DNA from: Candidatus Enterousia sp.
GTDB lineage: Bacteria > Pseudomonadota > Alphaproteobacteria > Rs-D84
Assembly: GCA_045645645.1 (NCBI GenBank)
Contig: JAZRJE010000020.1
Span: 69,132 to 133,131, forward strand
Reading direction: 5' to 3'
DNA: 64,000 nt
Shown here: positions 1 to 8,515 of the stretch, in pieces
How positions within the stretch are numbered: position 1 is the first letter of the stretch
How the letters are laid out: every line of letters begins with the position of its first letter
Program-made: the position numbers and the translations under genes
The notes under the pieces: generated by a model
Databases searched by the model: none
Told to the model about the DNA's origin: nothing
The model's input: the letters and a program-made list of their open reading frames with translations, nothing else

Positions 1-1695
1 TATTATGTCTGCATCTAAAATAGTCGACAGGCGATGCGCAATTACAAAAGTTGTTCGTCCTTGCATTAAATCATTCAATGAAGCTTGGATTAATTTTTCG
101 CTTTGTGTGTCCAGTGCGGATGTTGCTTCGTCCAAAAGTAATATCGGTGCGTCTTTCAATATGGCGCGTGCAATTGCAACACGTTGTTTTTGACCGCCAG
201 ACAGCAGACCACCACGTTCACCAACGCATGTATTATACCCGTCTGGAAATTCCATAATGAAATCATGTGCGTTTGCTGCGCGCGCAGCAGCGATTACCAT
301 TTCTTCTGTTGCATCTGGGCGTCCGTACTTTATATTTTCTGCAACAGTGCCGTTGAATAAAAATACATCTTGGGAAACATCTGCAATATTTTTGCGTAAT
401 GATTTCAATGTGTATTTCCGAATGTCGCGACGGTTAATTGTTATTTTCCCAAATTGTGGTTCATAAAATCGTTCCAATAAATTGAATAACGTTGTTTTCC
501 CACCGCCAGATGGACCAACCAGAGCACAAACGTAGCCTGCAGGTACATCCAGGTTTATATTGCGTAAGACTGGTTCACCAGGATTGTATTCAAAAGATAC
601 ATCTTCAAAAGAAACAGATATTTTCTTTGATTTTAATTCAATCGCATCAGGTTCATCGACAATGTCTGGTTTGCTGTCCAGAAATTCAAACAAAACTTCT
701 GCTGCAAGTAGCCCATGTTGTAATGAATCGCCAGTGCCAGTGATGCTTTTTGCTGGTTTATATGCTGCTGTCAGGGCTAATAAGAATGCTGTAAAGTCAC
801 CCGTTGTAATTGCACCACTGGATATAAAATGTGCGCCCATAATCATTGCAATACAAAGGCCAATTGAAATCATAAATTCCATTAATGGTGAACGCAGTGC
901 ATTCGCCTGAGTGCTTTTGTAGGAGTTTGTTATTGAATTATTTAATACATGTGCAAAGTTTTGAGCTTCTTTTTCTTCATTAGCGAAGGCTTGAATTGTT
1001 TTTATTCCATGCAAAGTTTGGTTTAATTGTTGTGATACTTCGTTTGCAATTGTAAAAGATTGACGTGACAATTTGCGGCGTTTGCGCATTATAACAACCA
1101 TTGGTATCATGATTGCTGGTGTTAGGAACAATAATACAACACACATTTGTGGTGCATAGTAAAACATCAAAGCCAATGTCATAGCCAATGTCGCAACGTC
1201 TTGAACCAGTTTTATCACGTTGTTTGTTACCAGATTTAGTACGGCACCAGATTGAACTGTAAAATAGTTCAAGTTTTTACCAATCCCATCACCATAAAAC
1301 CGTGCTAGGTTCATGTGTGTCATGTGCTTATATATTTTTTTCTGTAAATTTGCTTGGGCCAATAATCCGCCCTTGGACATGATAAGAGATTTTGCATATG
1401 TAAATGTCCCTTTGGCACCAAATGCGATTATAACTTGGATCCCCAGAAAATATATAGCAGCCATGCTTTTATTTATAAAAGCTTGGTCAACAACTTTTTG
1501 TACCAAGGTGATCGTATATGCTTCGGCGGCGGCGGCCAGAATTGTTGATATTACCCCTGCAATTAGCCATTTTGCATATGGACGGCCAATTTCGCGCCAT
1601 ACACGTCCATATAGTGACCATTTTATGCGACCGTTTTCAGAATCCCCGCGAATAAAGGATTTTATTTTTTTGAATGTATTTTTTTTCTTTGTCAT
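1..1695 (-). CDS. msbA: ABC exporter, permease + ATPase (MsbA-like); 3' end runs off the window
   Basis: Manual translation from ATG at 1695 (MTKKKNTF...): TM helices, Walker A GPSGGGKT, signature LSGGQKQRVAIARA, Walker B LLLDEATS. Absent from the ORF track because it is truncated. Confidence 0.8.
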   Translation of the reverse strand, partial: MTKKKNTFKKIKSFIRGDSENGRIKWSLYGRVWREIGRPYAKWLIAGVISTILAAAAEAYTITLVQKVVDQAFINKSMAAIYFLGIQVIIAFGAKGTFTYAKSLIMSKGGLLAQANLQKKIYKHMTHMNLARFYGDGIGKNLNYFTVQSGAVLNLVTNNVIKLVQDVATLAMTLALMFYYAPQMCVVLLFLTPAIMIPMVVIMRKRRKLSRQSFTIANEVSQQLNQTLHGIKTIQAFANEEKEAQNFAHVLNNSITNSYKSTQANALRSPLMEFMISIGLCIAMIMGAHFISSGAITTGDFTAFLLALTAAYKPAKSITGTGDSLQHGLLAAEVLFEFLDSKPDIVDEPDAIELKSKKISVSFEDVSFEYNPGEPVLRNINLDVPAGYVCALVGPSGGGKTTLFNLLERFYEPQFGKITINRRDIRKYTLKSLRKNIADVSQDVFLFNGTVAENIKYGRPDATEEMVIAAARAANAHDFIMEFPDGYNTCVGERGGLLSGGQKQRVAIARAILKDAPILLLDEATSALDTQSEKLIQASLNDLMQGRTTFVIAHRLSTILDADII

Positions 1696-1704
1696 AGTGA
1701 TCTT

Positions 1705-1733
1705 ATTATAAGTTGTGTAAAAAAATCTGTCCA
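1705..1733 (-). promoter_or_regulatory. sigma70-like promoter of msbA-like gene
   Basis: TGGACA-17nt-TATAAT, 9 nt before the ATG. Confidence 0.6.
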
Positions 1734-1736
1734 GAA

Positions 1737-2690
1737 TTATTTGTTGTGTGATTTACGAATGCGCTGACTTTGAATCAGTTTAATAATTGATTGGTAATCT
1801 GTATGCTGGTCTATAAATGAGTGTTTGCTGTTTGGAAATTCTACGAATTTAAATAGGTGACCGTTTGTATAGCTGGATAACGTTTTGTGAATATTGCGCA
1901 ACATATCCACAGGTGACTTTTTATCGCGACCACCACCAACAAATGTTATTGGAATATTGTATTGTGACATTATATCTGGATTAAAACGATCAAATTCTAG
2001 CGAATTGTAAAAGTCTGGAAATACTGTTACATGACGCAGTTGTCCAGTTGTGCTGAGATCGTGTGGACTGATGTGTCCCATTGGGGTTTGGGCAAATTCT
2101 GTGTCAGTAATGCCTTGTGGGCAGTGACGTAATTTATATATGCTTTTTATATAATTTGTCCATTGCGGGGTCAGATATGGTGCGAATAGTATCGCAGCAG
2201 ATAATCTGGGTTGTTTTTTTTCTGTGATTCGGCGATTAAATATCTCAATGGCACCTGTTGCGCCTGCTGAATGCCCAATTAAGCAAGTCCATTGGCCAAG
2301 GCACTGTTGTTCAATTAAATCTATGCCCATTTCCATTAAGGTTATAAATTCAGAAAATGTATTTTGTTTGGCCAGTTCAGTGGTTACTTCTTCTTTGAAG
2401 TCGCCTAAAAATGTCGTTATTGTGTATACGTTAAAGCGCTTGGTTAATGCCCAATATGTAATAGATTGCATTAATGGTTCTATGTCTGCGTTGCTGGCCA
2501 GTCCTGGGGCTAGAATTATGTTGCCTGTTTCTTTTTTGTCAGATGGCATAATTGGACAATAGTGTGTTATGTAGCCAATAGTGGCCAGTTCTGTTCGAGA
2601 ACTGTATTCAAAACGCCATTTAAAGGTTTTTTCCTTTAGTTCTGGTAATTGTTTTTGAAAATCTATCGGGATTCCGCTGAAGCGTTTCAT
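1737..2690 (-). CDS. alpha/beta-hydrolase fold protein
   Basis: GHSAG nucleophile elbow, GGRDKK acid motif, C-terminal His (SKHSF). Confidence 0.8.
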   Translation of the reverse strand: MKRFSGIPIDFQKQLPELKEKTFKWRFEYSSRTELATIGYITHYCPIMPSDKKETGNIILAPGLASNADIEPLMQSITYWALTKRFNVYTITTFLGDFKEEVTTELAKQNTFSEFITLMEMGIDLIEQQCLGQWTCLIGHSAGATGAIEIFNRRITEKKQPRLSAAILFAPYLTPQWTNYIKSIYKLRHCPQGITDTEFAQTPMGHISPHDLSTTGQLRHVTVFPDFYNSLEFDRFNPDIMSQYNIPITFVGGGRDKKSPVDMLRNIHKTLSSYTNGHLFKFVEFPNSKHSFIDQHTDYQSIIKLIQSQRIRKSHNK

Positions 2691-2699
2691 AGTGTTGGG

Positions 2700-2728
2700 A
2701 TTTTAGTGTACAAAAAAATCTTTGTCAA
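2700..2728 (-). promoter_or_regulatory. sigma70-like promoter of hydrolase
   Basis: TTGACA-17nt-TAAAAT, 9 nt before the ATG. Confidence 0.65.
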
Positions 2729-2749
2729 GTTGTTAAATAATTTTTTCTG

Positions 2750-2778
2750 TTGACATTTATCTTTATAATGTGTAAAAT
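2750..2778 (+). promoter_or_regulatory. sigma70-like promoter of tRNA-Ala/rpsU
   Basis: TTGACA-17nt-TAAAAT. Confidence 0.7.
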
Positions 2779-2811
2779 TCGTTCGCTTTCAAAAAGAAAG
2801 TGCAAAGTTTT

Positions 2812-2887
2812 GGGGTTGTAGCTCAGTTGGTAGAGCACCTGCTTTGCAAGCAGGGGGTCGTCAGTTCGAGCCTGATCAGCTCCACCA
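2812..2887 (+). tRNA. tRNA-Ala(TGC)
   Basis: 76-nt cloverleaf GGGGTTG...CAGCTCCACCA, G3-U70 pair, loop TTTGCAA, GTTCGA T-arm, encoded CCA. Confidence 0.97.
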
Positions 2888-2897
2888 AAACAAAAGG

Positions 2898-2922
2898 AAA
2901 GGGGGATGAAAATCCCCTTTTT
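2898..2922 (+). terminator. hairpin (GAAA loop) plus T-tract after tRNA-Ala
   Basis: GGGGAT-GAAA-ATCCCC-TTTTT. Confidence 0.55.
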
Positions 2923-2965
2923 CGATAAAATAACAGATAAATTGCGCTAAAGGGGGTGAATACAT

Positions 2966-3172
2966 ATGGTTAAAGTTCTGGTTCGCGATAATAACGTTGA
3001 ACAGGCGCTGCGCGTTGCAAAACGTAAATCGCAGAAGGAAGGTCTGTACCGCGAAATGAAAGAACGTCAGCGTTATGAAAAACCAACTACAAAACGCAAA
3101 CGTTTAAAAGAAGAAGCCGTTCGCAACGAAAAAAAACGTCAGTCGAAACAGCGTATGGTTTTCGGATTCTAA
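2966..3172 (+). CDS. rpsU: 30S ribosomal protein S21
   Basis: [13 protein letters not shown]...[15 protein letters not shown], alphaproteobacterial S21 pattern; SD GGGGGTG. Confidence 0.95.
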   Translation: MVKVLVRDNNVEQALRVAKRKSQKEGLYREMKERQRYEKPTTKRKRLKEEAVRNEKKRQSKQRMVFGF

Positions 3173-3177
3173 TTCAT

Positions 3178-3199
3178 GTCCCCCGTTTGGGGGATTTTT
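3178..3199 (+). terminator. intrinsic terminator after rpsU
   Basis: TCCCCC-GTTT-GGGGGA plus T-tract. Confidence 0.7.
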
Positions 3200-3212
3200 G
3201 TTTGTTATATGG

Positions 3213-3842
3213 ATGGCAAAAATGAAAAAGTATAAAATGACTCAAGAAGAGTATAATTTGTTGAAAAAAGAATTTAATAAATTGAAAAAATTGCTTGATA
3301 ATGTGGAAATTGTTAGGTCGGATAAAAGAGGGACAGCAAAACAATTAAATTCGTGTGACTTGTTGGATGATAATGTAATGCAAGTATTGTTTGGAATTAA
3401 TTACAAGAATATTTTGTTTTATAATTTTCAGACTAATACATGGAATACAAAAGAGTTTTTAGGATATAAATATGGATTCCATGAACGTTATGTGACTGCA
3501 AATGTTAAAGAATTTAAGCGTGCTTTTGATGAATTATTTTGTAAATCTGGATTAGAGCTGCTGGCGTGTGTTGTAATGCCGGTTAGTTTACAGAAATATC
3601 CATGCTTGTCTGGGTGTGTTATAAATAAACCTGTGTTTAAACCAAATGGGCGTGGGGTTGTCGGAACAGTTGTTTGTCGTGATAAAGTATCTGGTAAATT
3701 GTTATCTTTGGGGGACAGATGGATTGGTGTTGCGGGTTATAAATCTGTACCTGAATTGGTTCAGGCTGGAATGTCAAGATTCGCGGTAGAAGGGGTGCGA
3801 AATTATCCATTCTTAGAGACACTGATGGGGCATTATAGATAA
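3213..3842 (+). CDS. hypothetical protein
   Basis: ~210-aa ORF filling the gap; no family recognised; start could be 3198, 3213 or 3222. Confidence 0.65.
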   Translation: MAKMKKYKMTQEEYNLLKKEFNKLKKLLDNVEIVRSDKRGTAKQLNSCDLLDDNVMQVLFGINYKNILFYNFQTNTWNTKEFLGYKYGFHERYVTANVKEFKRAFDELFCKSGLELLACVVMPVSLQKYPCLSGCVINKPVFKPNGRGVVGTVVCRDKVSGKLLSLGDRWIGVAGYKSVPELVQAGMSRFAVEGVRNYPFLETLMGHYR

Positions 3843-3907
3843 AAAGTTATAGGAATAGTTGCATGGTTGATGTATAATTTAATCTGTTCTAGTAAAAGAG
3901 GTTTGTT

Positions 3908-4219
3908 ATGGCTATGATTTATTGTCGTGAGTGTGGTGCGAAACATTCGGATAAAGCAAAGGCGTGTCCAAAATGTGGATATCAATGTTTTAACCTAGAA
4001 AAATCAATGGTTGTTTATGTTTTGTTGGTTTTTTTCCTTGGTATGTGGGGCGTTCACAAGTTTTATGCAGGTCGTACCACGGAAGGTGTTGTGATGCTGT
4101 TAATGGGAACGATTGGTTGGTTGCTGATTATTCCTGGACTAATTGCATGCTTTTGGGCTTTTGTTGATTTTATTGTTGGTATAGTTAATATTAATAATCC
4201 AAAAAAGATTTTTAAATAG
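3908..4219 (+). CDS. zinc-ribbon + TM2 domain membrane protein
   Basis: CRECG...CPKCG zinc ribbon followed by FLGMWGVHKFYAG TM2 motif. Confidence 0.85.
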   Translation: MAMIYCRECGAKHSDKAKACPKCGYQCFNLEKSMVVYVLLVFFLGMWGVHKFYAGRTTEGVVMLLMGTIGWLLIIPGLIACFWAFVDFIVGIVNINNPKKIFK

Positions 4220-4222
4220 AAG

Positions 4223-4282
4223 TACCGCCCGTATGGGCGGTGTTTTTTTTTGTAAAAAAACATCCTGTAACAGGATGTTTTT
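4223..4282. terminator. two tandem intrinsic terminators between the convergent TM2 gene and tRNA-Leu
   Basis: ACCGCCC-GTAT-GGGCGGT + T9; AAAAACATCCTG-TAA-CAGGATGTTTTT. Confidence 0.75.
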
Positions 4283-4288
4283 CATATC

Positions 4289-4373
4289 TGGTGGCCCTGG
4301 TCGGACTCGAACCGACACTCCTTGCAGAACTTGATTTTGAGTCAAGCGCGTCTACCAATTCCGCCACGGGGCC
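4289..4373 (-). tRNA. tRNA-Leu(CAA)
   Basis: GGCCCCGTGGCGGAATTGGTAGACGCG, anticodon arm CTTGA-CTCAAAA-TCAAG, long variable arm, CCA end. Confidence 0.95.
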
Positions 4374-4394
4374 ATTGGCATCAAAAGTTGCACT

Positions 4395-4763
4395 TTAGGC
4401 AGCTTTTTTTGCTTCAACCTTTTTTACCAAACGTGCACTGCGATTCGCTTTGTGTGCAGGTTTCTTGGCTGGTTTTTCTGCTTTCCCAATTTTCTTTTCA
4501 ATGGCTTTTTTTATTGCTGCCATTTCTTCGGTCAAGCGAGAAACAGGTTTAGACATTACATAACCATCCAAACCGCCATGTTTTGTCAATGTGCGCAAAC
4601 CAGCAGTTGAGATGCGCAATGAAAAATCACGACCCAGAATTTCACTGTGAAATTTTAATTTTTGCAGATTTGGCAAGAATGTACGTTTTGTGTGACGTTC
4701 AGAATGGGAAACATTCATCCCAACTTCTGTTTTCTTACCTGTAACTTTACATATACGTGGCAT
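4395..4763 (-). CDS. rpmB: 50S ribosomal protein L28 with Lys/Ala-rich C-terminal extension
   Basis: MPRICKVTGK...GMNVSHS..HTKRTFLPNLQ...GGLD. Confidence 0.95.
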   Translation of the reverse strand: MPRICKVTGKKTEVGMNVSHSERHTKRTFLPNLQKLKFHSEILGRDFSLRISTAGLRTLTKHGGLDGYVMSKPVSRLTEEMAAIKKAIEKKIGKAEKPAKKPAHKANRSARLVKKVEAKKAA

Positions 4764-4843
4764 AATACTTTACCTTTGATTATTAGCGTGCCTAAATTTA
4801 TAACAAAAATACAGAAAAGTCAAGTGTTGTTTTTACTTTTTTC

Positions 4844-6289
4844 TTATTTTGCTAAATGATCTGGGCTAATAAGGTCTATAATTGTCTTGGCTGGTGTAAA
4901 TGTTGTGCTGGGGGTAATTACAAATATTGTGTTCCATTTTGCCATTGCGCCATTCCAAAGACCTGGTCTTTCCATAGCACGCAGTTCTTGTCCGTTCTTG
5001 GATTTAGTACTGATGAAACCAGCGGTTTCATCAACATATTCTAATAAATTAAATTTATTGCCAATATAATCATGTGTGCTACATACTATATCTGTTGGAC
5101 TAAAAAATTCCCCGTCGTGCAGAATTGATATTTTTTCTGGCGCAATTTGACCAGGTTCTACAATTTGTGGGCTTATAGTGTTTTCTGTGTCGCGAACTAA
5201 AAATGGACCGCCACCTGGAGCGCCTGCATTTTTTATAATTCCACATATGCGAATTGGTCGGTTTAAGATGGTTCGTATTGTTTCTGCTGTGGGGGTGGCT
5301 GGTAATGTGATGTTAAGTGTTTGATTTATAAAATTAGAAATTTCACTTATATTGGCATTGCCAGAATCTAGCATGTGCAGATATTGGAATATTTTGTTTT
5401 GTATTTCAATGAGTAGACCGCCGATAAGTTTTTTGTATTTTACGGTATCGTTACGCATGTGATCTGTGCATACATTGTCAATGTTCTTTATGAATATGAT
5501 GTCGCTGTCAATATCGTTCAAGTTTTCAATTAACGCACCATGACCAGCTGGGCGGAACAACAGTGTTCCATCAGTATTTCGAAATGGGATGTTGTTTGTA
5601 TCTATGGCAATTGTGTCTGTCTGTTGTTTTTGAACAGACATTGAAATGTCGTACTTGATTCCGAATTTTTGTTCGTATACAGGTACGATTTTCCGCAGCA
5701 ACTCGTTAAAACCATTTATGTGTTCGGGCGATACTGTAAAATGCAAGCGTACGGTATTGTTTGTACAGGCGTATAGCGCACCTTCTATCAAGTGTTCCGC
5801 AACAGCTGTTCTGCATTCGCTTTTATACTTGTGGAATTGTAATAACCCCTTTGGCAGATTGCCATAATTTAGGCCGCATTCGGTAACCAGGTATTTTATT
5901 TTGTCTGTGTCACTGGAATTACTGGGTAATATGGGTTCTAATTCCTGCCAAAAAGCAAATTCTTTTATATTATCTAGTACGGTTTGTGTCGTTTTATTCA
6001 TTGAACCTGTGGATAAGAATTCAAACAAATCTTTAAACATTCGTGTGGCAGCACCTGATGCAGGTACAAATTTTACAATTTTATATTTGCTACACATGGA
6101 ATTGTATAAATCGATGTATTTATCTATATTTGCATCAAAATTAAATGTGCCGTTATTTGTTGTGCAGGCCGATACAATATTAGAATATGGAAATCCTTTT
6201 TGAAAGTCAGCGATTTGTTTTGTAACCATGTCTATTGTCAAGCCGTGTGATTTGATTTGCTGAATATCAGAATCTGAGAATTTGTACAT
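4844..6289 (-). CDS. DUF4301 family protein (nucleotidyltransferase-like)
   Basis: KFVPASGAATRMFKDL, FRPAGHGALIENLN, FIKNIDNV, PGLWNGAMA; SD GGGGGTG favours the ATG at 6289. Confidence 0.8.
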   Translation of the reverse strand: MYKFSDSDIQQIKSHGLTIDMVTKQIADFQKGFPYSNIVSACTTNNGTFNFDANIDKYIDLYNSMCSKYKIVKFVPASGAATRMFKDLFEFLSTGSMNKTTQTVLDNIKEFAFWQELEPILPSNSSDTDKIKYLVTECGLNYGNLPKGLLQFHKYKSECRTAVAEHLIEGALYACTNNTVRLHFTVSPEHINGFNELLRKIVPVYEQKFGIKYDISMSVQKQQTDTIAIDTNNIPFRNTDGTLLFRPAGHGALIENLNDIDSDIIFIKNIDNVCTDHMRNDTVKYKKLIGGLLIEIQNKIFQYLHMLDSGNANISEISNFINQTLNITLPATPTAETIRTILNRPIRICGIIKNAGAPGGGPFLVRDTENTISPQIVEPGQIAPEKISILHDGEFFSPTDIVCSTHDYIGNKFNLLEYVDETAGFISTKSKNGQELRAMERPGLWNGAMAKWNTIFVITPSTTFTPAKTIIDLISPDHLAK

Positions 6290-6366
6290 ATTCACCCCCA
6301 TATAATGTAAGCATAGTATATTTTTTTATGTCGTGCAAGCAGGGTGGGGGGGATTCGTTCCTGTGT

Positions 6367-6397
6367 CTTGAAAGGTTTTTTTTTGGCACTATATATT
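6367..6397 (+). promoter_or_regulatory. clpB promoter, possibly RpoH-type
   Basis: CTTGAA-N16-CTATAT resembles alphaproteobacterial RpoH promoters; also readable as sigma70. Confidence 0.4.
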
Positions 6398-6428
6398 GGG
6401 CAAATGAAAAAAATAAAAGGATATACAT

Positions 6429-8486
6429 ATGAATCCAGATGAAATGCAGGAAACACCACAACAGGCAATAGAACGATATACAACTGATTTTACAAAATTG
6501 GCGGCAGATGGAAAGCTGGACCCTGTTATCGGGCGTGAAGAGGAAATACGTCGTACGGTTCAGGTATTAACACGTCGTACAAAAAATAATCCTGTTTTAA
6601 TTGGTAATCCAGGTGTCGGTAAAACAGCAATAATTGAAGGGTTGGCGAATCGTATAATATCTGGAGATGTGCCTGAAAATCTGCAAAAAAAGAAGTTGCT
6701 GTCATTGGATATGGGGGCGTTGATGGCTGGGGCGATGTATCGTGGCCAGTTTGAGGGGAGATTGAAAGCCATTTTAAAAGCAGTCAAAGAATCAAATGGC
6801 GAAATAATTTTGTTTATAGATGAGTTACATACATTAGTTGGGGCAGGTAAAGGTGAAGGTAGTATGGATGCTGGTAATCTGCTAAAACCAATGTTGGCAC
6901 GTGGCGAACTGCATTGTTTGGGGGCGACGACACTGGATGAATACCGTCAGTATATTGAAAAAGATCCTGCGTTGGCACGTCGTTTCCAGCCAGTTTATGT
7001 TGATGAGCCAACAGTTGATGATACGATTTCTATATTGCGTGGATTGAAAGAAAAGTATGAAGGGCATCATGGTGTACGAATCGCAGATGCGGCGTTGGTG
7101 TCAGCCGTGAAATTATCGAATCGGTATATTACAGATCGTTTTTTGCCAGACAAGGCAATTGATTTGATTGATGAAGCTGCAGCTCGTGTGCGAATCGAAA
7201 TAGCTTCAAAACCAGAACGCTTAGATGAAGTTGATAGACATTTGATGCAATTGAAAATAGAACAACAAGCATTGAAAAAAGAAAAAGATGACGAATCGAA
7301 AAAACGTTTAAAAGATCTGGAAAAACTTATTTCTGATTTGGAAAACGAATCGGCTGTTCAAACTGCTGCATGGCAAGATGAACAGAAAAAAATGCGTGGA
7401 ATGTCTGATGCAATGGCTGCATTAGATTCAGCAAAGGCCGAAGTTGCCACTGCTATGCGAAATGGTGATTATGAAAAAGCATCTGCACTGCAATATGGTA
7501 AGATCCCAGAACTGGAAGAACAAATTGCTAAAATGAATGCAGATGCAAAAGAATATAAAACTGTATTACCGGAGCATATTGAGGCTGTTGTTAGTAAATG
7601 GACAGGGGTTCCAGCAGATCGTTTGAGTGTTGAAGAACAATCTAAGCTTTTAAATATTGAAGATGAGTTGAGAAAGCGTGTTGTCGGACAGGATCATGCG
7701 TTGGGTGTTGTGTCACGTGCGATTCGACGTAGCCGTGCGGGGTTGTCTGATCCGCGCAGACCATCAGGTAGTTTTATGTTCTTGGGGCCGACAGGTGTTG
7801 GAAAAACAGAGGTTGCTAAGGCGTTAGCAGAGTATTTGTTTAATGATGATACTGCAATGACTCGAATTGATATGAGTGAATATATGGAACCGCATTCTGT
7901 TTCAAGATTGATTGGCAGTCCTCCTGGATACGTTGGTTATGAACAGGGTGGGGTGTTGACAGAAAGTGTACGACGTCGTCCGTATCAGGTATTGTTGTTT
8001 GACGAAATTGAAAAGGCAAACCCAGATGTGTTTAATGTATTTTTGCAGATTTTGGATGATGGGCGTTTAACAGATGGACAGGGACACGTTGTAAACTTTA
8101 CAAATACCATTATTATTATGACCAGTAATTTGCCAGATATGGAAGCTGTGAAGCGGAATTTCCGTCCTGAGTTTATAAATCGAATCGATGAAATCGTATT
8201 CTTTAATCCATTGGGTAAAGATGTTATGGCTGGAATTGTAAAGATTCAATTGCGTGGCCTTGAAAAAAGACTGGCGGAACGTCGGATTGGATTAAATGTA
8301 ACAGACAAGGCGATTAAGTGGCTGGGTGATAATGGGTATGATGCTGTATTTGGTGCCCGTCCATTAAAGCGTTTGATTACAACTGCTGTTGAAGATAAGG
8401 TTGCTGATTTAATATTAAATGGAACCATCGGGGAAGGTGCAACTGTATACGTAGATGTAAAAGGTAAAGAACTGACTGTTGGTTAA
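6429..8486 (+). CDS. clpB: ClpB disaggregase lacking the N-terminal domain
   Basis: Two AAA+ modules ([16 protein letters not shown]), coiled-coil M-domain, GYVGY pore loop, FGARPLKR. Confidence 0.92.
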   Translation: MNPDEMQETPQQAIERYTTDFTKLAADGKLDPVIGREEEIRRTVQVLTRRTKNNPVLIGNPGVGKTAIIEGLANRIISGDVPENLQKKKLLSLDMGALMAGAMYRGQFEGRLKAILKAVKESNGEIILFIDELHTLVGAGKGEGSMDAGNLLKPMLARGELHCLGATTLDEYRQYIEKDPALARRFQPVYVDEPTVDDTISILRGLKEKYEGHHGVRIADAALVSAVKLSNRYITDRFLPDKAIDLIDEAAARVRIEIASKPERLDEVDRHLMQLKIEQQALKKEKDDESKKRLKDLEKLISDLENESAVQTAAWQDEQKKMRGMSDAMAALDSAKAEVATAMRNGDYEKASALQYGKIPELEEQIAKMNADAKEYKTVLPEHIEAVVSKWTGVPADRLSVEEQSKLLNIEDELRKRVVGQDHALGVVSRAIRRSRAGLSDPRRPSGSFMFLGPTGVGKTEVAKALAEYLFNDDTAMTRIDMSEYMEPHSVSRLIGSPPGYVGYEQGGVLTESVRRRPYQVLLFDEIEKANPDVFNVFLQILDDGRLTDGQGHVVNFTNTIIIMTSNLPDMEAVKRNFRPEFINRIDEIVFFNPLGKDVMAGIVKIQLRGLEKRLAERRIGLNVTDKAIKWLGDNGYDAVFGARPLKRLITTAVEDKVADLILNGTIGEGATVYVDVKGKELTVG

Positions 8487-8487
8487 T

Positions 8488-8515
8488 AAAAATCCCAGCA
8501 ACGCTGGGATTTTTT
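8488..8515. terminator. bidirectional terminator clpB/polA
   Basis: AAAAATCCCAGC-AAC-GCTGGGATTTTT. Confidence 0.85.

Noticed and set aside
5-1711. Several + strand ORFs (62-132 aa)
   Set aside because: Antisense shadows of the truncated msbA-like CDS on the - strand.
3198-4288. Possible island at the tRNA-Leu(CAA) 3' end
   Set aside because: No direct repeat of the tRNA end and no mobility gene.
6339-6365. G-tract upstream of clpB as G-quadruplex, phase-variation site or CIRCE
   Set aside because: Too few G runs for a quadruplex, no TTAGCACTC inverted repeat, and it lies outside the promoter spacer.
6429-8486. Alternative genetic code (CGG or stop reassignment)
   Set aside because: CGG occurs at the conserved Arg of ClpB LSNRYI, and conserved genes translate full length with code 11. 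This was only a spot check.
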